The translations under genes were made by a program, and so were the position numbers. Below the pieces are notes generated by a model. That model did no database searches. It had not been told where the DNA came from and saw only the letters and a list, made by a program, of their open reading frames with translations. From Eledone cirrhosa (taxonomy: Eukaryota), in the NCBI GenBank assembly GCA_964016885.1, contig OZ024745.1, forward strand, positions 91,884,001 to 91,948,000: a stretch of 64,000 nt of DNA. The letters run 5' to 3'. Numbering within the stretch: the stretch's first letter is position 1; every line of letters starts with the position of its first letter. Of this stretch, positions 57,901-64,000 are shown in pieces.

Positions 57901-60900
57901 CCACTAGATACAGTAAGTTATATTACTCTGCCTGAGTATCAAACAGCTCCACTAGATACAGTAAGTTATATTACTCTGTCTGAGTATCAAACACCTCCAC
58001 TAAATACAGTAAGTTATATTACTCTGTCTGCGTATCAAACAGCTCCACTAGATACAGTAAGTTATATTACTCTGTCTGAGTATCAAACAGCTCCACTAGA
58101 TAAAGTAAGTTATATTACTCTGCCTGAGTATCAAACAGCTCCACTAAATACTGTAAGTTATATTACTCTGTCTGCGTATCAAACAGCTCCACTAGATACA
58201 GTAAGTTATATTACTCTGTCTGAGTATCAAACCGCTCCACTAGATACAGTAAGTTATATTACTGTGCCTGAGTATCAAACAGCTCCACTAGATAAAGTAA
58301 GTTATATTACTCTGCCTGAGTATCAAACAGCTCCACTAGATAAAGTAAGTTATATTACTCTGCCTGAGTATCAAACAGCTCCACTAGATACAGTAAGTTA
58401 TATTACTCTGCCTGAGTATCAAACAGCTCCACTAGATACAGTAAGTTATATTACTCTGTCTGATTATCAAACAGCTCCACTAGATACAGTAAGTTATATT
58501 ACTCTGCCTGAGTATCAAACAGCTCCCCCAGATACAGTAAGTTGTATTACTCTGCCTGAGTATCAAACAGCTCCACTAGATACAGTAAGTTATGTTATTC
58601 TGTCTGAGTATCAAACAGCTCCACTAGATACAGTAAGTCATATTACTCTGTCTGAGTATCAAACAGCTCCACTAGATACAGTAAGTTATATTACTCTGCC
58701 TGAGTATCAAACAGCTCCACTAGATACAGTAAGTTATATTACTCTGCCTGAGTATCAAACAGCTCCACTAGATACAGTAAGTTATATTACTCTGCCTGAG
58801 TATCAAGCAGCTCCACTAGATACAGTAAGTTATATTACTCTGTCTGAGTATCAAACAGCTCCACTAGATACAGTAAGTTTTATTACTCTGCCTGAGTATC
58901 AAACAGCTCCACTAGATACAGTAAGTTATATTACTCTGCCTGAATATCAAACAGCTCCACTAGAGACAGTAAGTTATATTACTCTGCCTGAGTATCAAAC
59001 AGCTCCACTAGATAAACTAAGTTATATTACTCTGCCTGAGTATCAAACAGCTCCACTAGATACAGTAAGTTATATTACTCTGTCTGAGTATCAAACAGCT
59101 CCACTAGATACAGTAAGTTATGTTATTCTGTCTGAGTATCAAACAGCTCCACTAGATACAGTAAGTTATATTACTCTGTCTGAGTATCAAACAGCTCCAC
59201 TAGATACAGTAAGTTTTATTACTCTGCCTGAGTATCAAACAGCTCCACTAGATACAGTAAGTTATGTTATTCTGTCTGAGTATCAAACAGCTCCACTAGA
59301 TACAGTAAGTTATATTACTCTGTCTGAGTATCAAACAGCTCCACTAGATACAGTAAGTTATATTACTCTGCCTGAGTATCAAACAGCTCCACTAGATACA
59401 GTAAGTTATATTACTCTGCCTGAGTATCAAACAGCTCCACTAGATACAGTAAGTTATATTACTCTGTCTGAGTATCAAACAGCTCCACTAGATACAGTAG
59501 GTTATATTACTCTGCCTGAGTATCAAACAGCTCCCCTAGATACAGTAGGTTATATTACTCTGTCTGAGTATCAAACAGCTCCACTAGATACAGTAATTAT
59601 ATTACTCTGTCTGAGTATCAAACATCTCCACTAGATACAGTAAGTTATATTACTCTGCCTGAGTTTCAAACAGCTCCACTAGATACAGTAAGTTATATTA
59701 CTCTGCCTGAGTATCAAGCAGCTGCACTAGATACAGTAAGTTATATTACTCTGTCTGAGTATCAAACAGCTCCACTAGATACAGTAAGTTTTATTACTCT
59801 GCCTGAGTATCAAACAGCTCCACTAGATACAGTAAGTTATATTACTCTGCCTGAGTATCAAACAGCTCCACTAGATACAGTAAGTTATATTACTCTGCCT
59901 GAGTATCAAACAGCTCCACTAGATACAGTAAGTTATATTACTCTGCCTGAGTATCAAGCAGCTCCACTAGATACAGTAAGTTATATTACTCTGCCTGAAT
60001 ATCAAACAGCTCCACTAGAGACAGTAAGTTATATTACTCTGTCTGAGTATCAAACAGCTCCACTAGATACAGTAAGTTATATTACTCTGTCTGAGTATCA
60101 AACAGCTCCACTAGATACTGTAAGTTATATTACTCTGTCTGCATATCAAACAGCTCCACTATATACAGTAAGTTATATTCCTCTGTCTGAGTATCAAACA
60201 GCTCCACTAGATACAGTAAGTTATATTACTCTGCCTGAGTATGAAACAGCTCCACTAGATAAACTAAGTTATATTACTCTGCCTGAGTATCAAACAGCTC
60301 CACTAGATACAGTAAGTTATATTACTCTGTCTGAGTATCAAACAGCTCCACTAGATACAGTAAGTTATATTACTCTGCCTGAGTATCAAACAGCTCCACT
60401 TGATACAGTAAGTTATATTACTCTGTCTGATTATCAAACAGCTCCCCCAGATACAGTAAGTTATTTTACTCTGCCTGAGTATCAAACAGCTCCACTAGAT
60501 ACAGTAAGTTATATTATTCTGTCTGAGTATCAAACAGCTCCACTAAATACAGTAAGTTATATTACTCTGTCTGCGTATCAAACAGCTCCACTAGATACAG
60601 TAAGTTATATTACTCTGTCTGAGTATCAAACAGCTCCACTAGATAAAGTAAGTTATATTACTCTGCCTGAGTATTAAACAGCTCCACTAGATACTGTAAG
60701 TTATATTACTCTGTCTGCGTATCAAACAGCTCCACTAGATACAGTAAGTTATATTACTCTGTCTGAGTATCAAACCGCTCCACTAGATACAGTAAGTTAT
60801 ATTACTCTGCCTGAGTATCAAACAGCTCCACTAGATACAGTAAGTTATATTACTCTGTCTGATTATCAAACAGCTCCACTAGATACAGTAAGTTATATTA

Positions 60901-63900
60901 CTCTGCCTGAGTATCAAACAGCTCCCCCAGATACAGTAAGTTATATTACTCTGCCTGAGTATCAAACAGCTCCACTAGATACAGTAAGTTATATTATTCT
61001 GTCTGAGTATCAAACAGCTCCACTAGATACAGTAAGTTATATTACTCTGTCTGAGTATCAAACAGCTCCACTAGATACAGTAAGTTATATTACTCTGCCT
61101 CAGTATCAAACAGCTCCACTAGATACAGTAAGTTATATTACTCAGCCTGAGTATCAAACAGCTCCACTAAATACAGTAAGTTATATTACTCTGTCTGAGT
61201 ATCAAACAGCTCCACTATATACAGTAGGTTATATTACTCTGCCTGAGTATCAAACAGCTCCCCTAGATACAGTAGGTTATATTACTCTGCCTGAGTATCA
61301 AACAGCTCCACTAGATACAGTAAGTTATATTACTCTGCCTGAGTATCAAACAGCTCCACTAGATACAGTAAGTTATATTACTCTGCCTGAGTATCAAACA
61401 GCTCCACTAGATACAGTAAGTTATATTACTCTGCCTGAGTATCAAGCAGCTCCACTAGATACAGTAAGTTATATTACTCTGTCTGAGTATCAAACAGCTC
61501 CACTAGATACAGTAAGTTTTATTACTCTGCCTGAGTATCAAACAGCTCCACTAGATACAGTAAGTTATATTACTCTGCCTGAATATCAAACAGCTCCACT
61601 AGAGACAGTAAGTTATATTACTCTGCCTGAGTATCAAACAGCTCCACTAGATAAACTAAGTTATATTACTCTGCCTGAGTATCAAACAGCTCCACTAGAT
61701 ACAGTAAGTTATATTACTCTGTCTGAGTATCAAACAGCTCCACTAGATAAAGTAAGTTATATTACTCTGCCTGAGTATCAAGCAGCTCCACTAGATACAG
61801 TAAGTTATATTACTCTGTCTGATTATCAAACAGCTCCACTAGATACAGTAAGTTATATTACTCTGTCTGAGTATCAAACAGCTCCACTAGATACAGTAAG
61901 TTATATTACTCTGCCTGAGTATCAAACAGCTCCACTAGATACAGTAAGTTATATTACTCTGTCTGAGTATCAAACACCTCCACTAAATACAGTAAGTTAT
62001 ATTACTCTGTCTGCGTATCAAACAGCTCCACTAGATACAGTAAGTTATATTACTCTGTCTGAGTATCAAACAGCTCCACTAGATAAAGTAAGTTATATTA
62101 CTCTGCCTGAGTATCAAACAGCTCCACTAAATACTGTAAGTTATATTACTCTGTCTGCGTATCAAACAGCTCCACTAGATACAGTAAGTTATATTACTCT
62201 GTCTGAGTATCAAACCGCTCCACTAGATACAGTAAGTTATATTACTGTGCCTGAGTATCAAACAGCTCCACTAGATAAAGTAAGTTATATTACTCTGCCT
62301 GAGTATCAAACAGCTCCACTAGATAAAGTAAGTTATATTACTCTGCCTGAGTATCAAACAGCTCCACTAGATACAGTAAGTTATATTACTCTGCCTGAGT
62401 ATCAAACAGCTCCACTAGATACAGTAAGTTATATTACTCTGTCTGATTATCAAACAGCTCCACTAGATACAGTAAGTTATATTACTCTGCCTGAGTATCA
62501 AACAGCTCCACTAGATACAGTAAGTTATATTACTCTGCCTGAGTATCAAACAGCTCCACTAGATACAGTAAGTTATATTACTCTGCCTGAGTATCAAGCA
62601 GCTCCACTAGATACAGTAAGTTATATTACTCTGTCTGAGTATCAAACAGCTCCACTAGATACAGTAAGTTTTATTACTCTGCCTGAGTATCAAACAGCTC
62701 CACTAGATACAGTAAGTTATATTACTCTGCCTGAATATCAAACAGCTCCACTAGAGACAGTAAGTTATATTACTCTGTCTGAGTATCAAACAGCTCCACT
62801 AGATACAGTAAGTTATATTACTCTGTCTGAGTATCAAACAGCTCCACTAGATACTGTAAGTTATATTACTCTGTCTGCATATCAAACAGCTCCACTATAT
62901 ACAGTAAGTTATATTCCTCTGTCTGAGTATCAAACAGCTCCACTAGATACAGTAAGTTATATTACTCTGCCTGAGTATCAAACAGCTCCACTAGATAAAC
63001 TAAGTTATATTACTCTGCCTGAGTATCAAACAGCTCCACTAGATACAGTAAGTTATATTACTCTGTCTGAGTATCAAACAGCTCCACTAGATACAGTAAG
63101 TTATATTACTCTGCCTGAGTATCAAACAGCTCCACTTGATACAGTAAGTTATATTACTCTGTCTGATTATCAAACAGCTCCCCCAGATACAGTAAGTTAT
63201 TTTACTCTGCCTGAGTATCAAACAGCTCCACTAGATACAGTAAGTTATATTATTCTGTCTGAGTATCAAACAGCTCCACTAGATACAGTAAGTTATATTA
63301 CTCTGTCTGAGTATCAAACAGCTCCACTAAATACAGTAAGTTATATTACTCTGTCTGCGTATCAAACAGCTCCACTAGATACAGTAAATTATATTACTCT
63401 GTCTGAGTATCAAACAGCTCCACTAGATAAAGTAAGTTATATTACTCTGCCTGAGTATTAAACAGCTCCACTAGATACTGTAAGTTATATTACTCTGTCT
63501 GCGTATCAAACAGCTCCACTAGATACAGTAAGTTATATTACTCTGTCTGAGTATCAAACCGCTCCACTAGATACAGTAAGTTATATTACTCTGCCTGAGT
63601 ATCAAACAGCTCCACTAGATACAGTAAGTTATATTACTCTGTCTGATTATCAAACAGCTCCACTAGATACAGTAAGTTATATTACTCTGCCTGAGTATCA
63701 AACAGCTCCCCCAGATACAGTAAGTTATATTACTCTGCCTGAGTATCAAACAGCTCCACTAGATACAGTAAGTTATATTATTCTGTCTGAGTATCAAACA
63801 GCTCCACTAGATACAGTAAGTTATATTACTCTGTCTGAGTATCAAACAGCTCCACTAGATACAGTAAGTTATATTACTCTGCCTCAGTATCAAACAGCTC

Positions 63901-64000
63901 CACTAGATACAGTAAGTTATATTACTCAGCCTGAGTATCAAACAGCTCCACTAGATACAGTAAGTTATATTACTCTGCCTGAGTATCAAACAGCTCCCCT
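36951..64000. repeat. Right sub-array: higher-order repeat of ~4.1-kb subunits in an alternating A/B (~8.2-kb) dimer
   Basis: A 1-bp deletion (GTAAGTTAT>GTAATTAT) at ~39536, 43664, 47743, 51870, 55516 and 59595 gives spacings of 4127, 4079, 4127, 3647 and 4079 bp (86, 85, 86, 76, 85 monomers minus 1 bp). Alternate subunits share private markers, and the ORF track alternates 456/552/456/552/456 aa accordingly. Confidence 0.9.

Larger units (their letters stand above)
1..64000. repeat. 48-bp tandem repeat array (satellite / giant minisatellite), ~1,333 monomers, truncated by both window ends
   Basis: The monomer CTCTG(C/T)CTGAGTATCAAACAGCTCCACTAGATACAGTAAGTTATATTA repeats head-to-tail throughout, typically with 0-3 substitutions per copy. 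Net register shift over the window is -12 bp (three 2-bp and six 1-bp deletions), so (64000+12)/48 = ~1,333.6 copies. All copies have the same orientation. Confidence 0.99.

Noticed and set aside
35613-63461. Family of 232-564 aa genes (ORF track), several ending in VIILLCLSIKHLH
   Set aside because: Starts are GTG point variants. The hydrophobic-looking tail is just the +1 frame of the monomer after the copied 1-bp deletion. The ORFs simply mirror the higher-order repeat.
1-64000. CRISPR array
   Set aside because: There are no unique spacers: the entire 48 bp repeats, and no cas genes or leader are present.
1-64000. MUC4-type mucin VNTR or other known 16-aa repeat protein
   Set aside because: Only the unit length matches. 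The peptide does not resemble the MUC4 repeat, and stops and frameshifts are amplified within the array.
1-64000. C/T dimorphism at monomer position 6 as a binary code or programmed diversification cassette
   Set aside because: Its pattern is inherited in blocks together with other variants, as expected from duplication. There is no recombinase, reverse transcriptase or unique expression site in the window.
1-64000. Pure assembly or sequencing artefact (concatemer)
   Set aside because: Variants recur in hierarchical, colinear haplotypes with very few indels, which random error or a rolling-circle artefact would not generate. Exact copy number still needs read validation.
1-64000. Telomeric repeat, tRNA/rRNA-derived repeat, transposon or inverted segment
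   Set aside because: There is no G-rich telomere motif, no recognisable structural-RNA sequence, no non-repeat insertion and no strand switch.

Overview
The whole 64-kb window is one uninterrupted head-to-tail tandem array of a 48-bp monomer, consensus CTCTG(C/T)CTGAGTATCAAACAGCTCCACTAGATACAGTAAGTTATATTA (37.5% GC in the C form, no CpG), about 1,333 copies, running off both window edges. I see no unique sequence, insertion, inversion, RNA gene or credible gene. The giant ORFs in the track arise because one frame of the monomer has no stop (LP/SEYQTAPLDTVSYIT). Their 'starts' are TTG/GTG point variants, and they end at a copied CAA>TAA variant or at small deletions. The informative signal is in the variants. 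They define a left domain (1 to ~33.9 kb) with no indels and irregular nested duplications of 16-115 monomers, a ~3-kb junction zone with private variants and three 2-bp deletions, and a right domain with an alternating A/B higher-order repeat (~4.1-kb subunits, ~8.2-kb dimer) marked by a copied 1-bp deletion. All nine indels hit the same CAGTAAGT motif, which contains a consensus spliceosomal donor (GTAAGT). Two variant lineages look like CpG deamination. The most parsimonious reading is a eukaryotic satellite or giant minisatellite, possibly intronic and grown from an exon-intron junction. Organism and function cannot be determined from this window.
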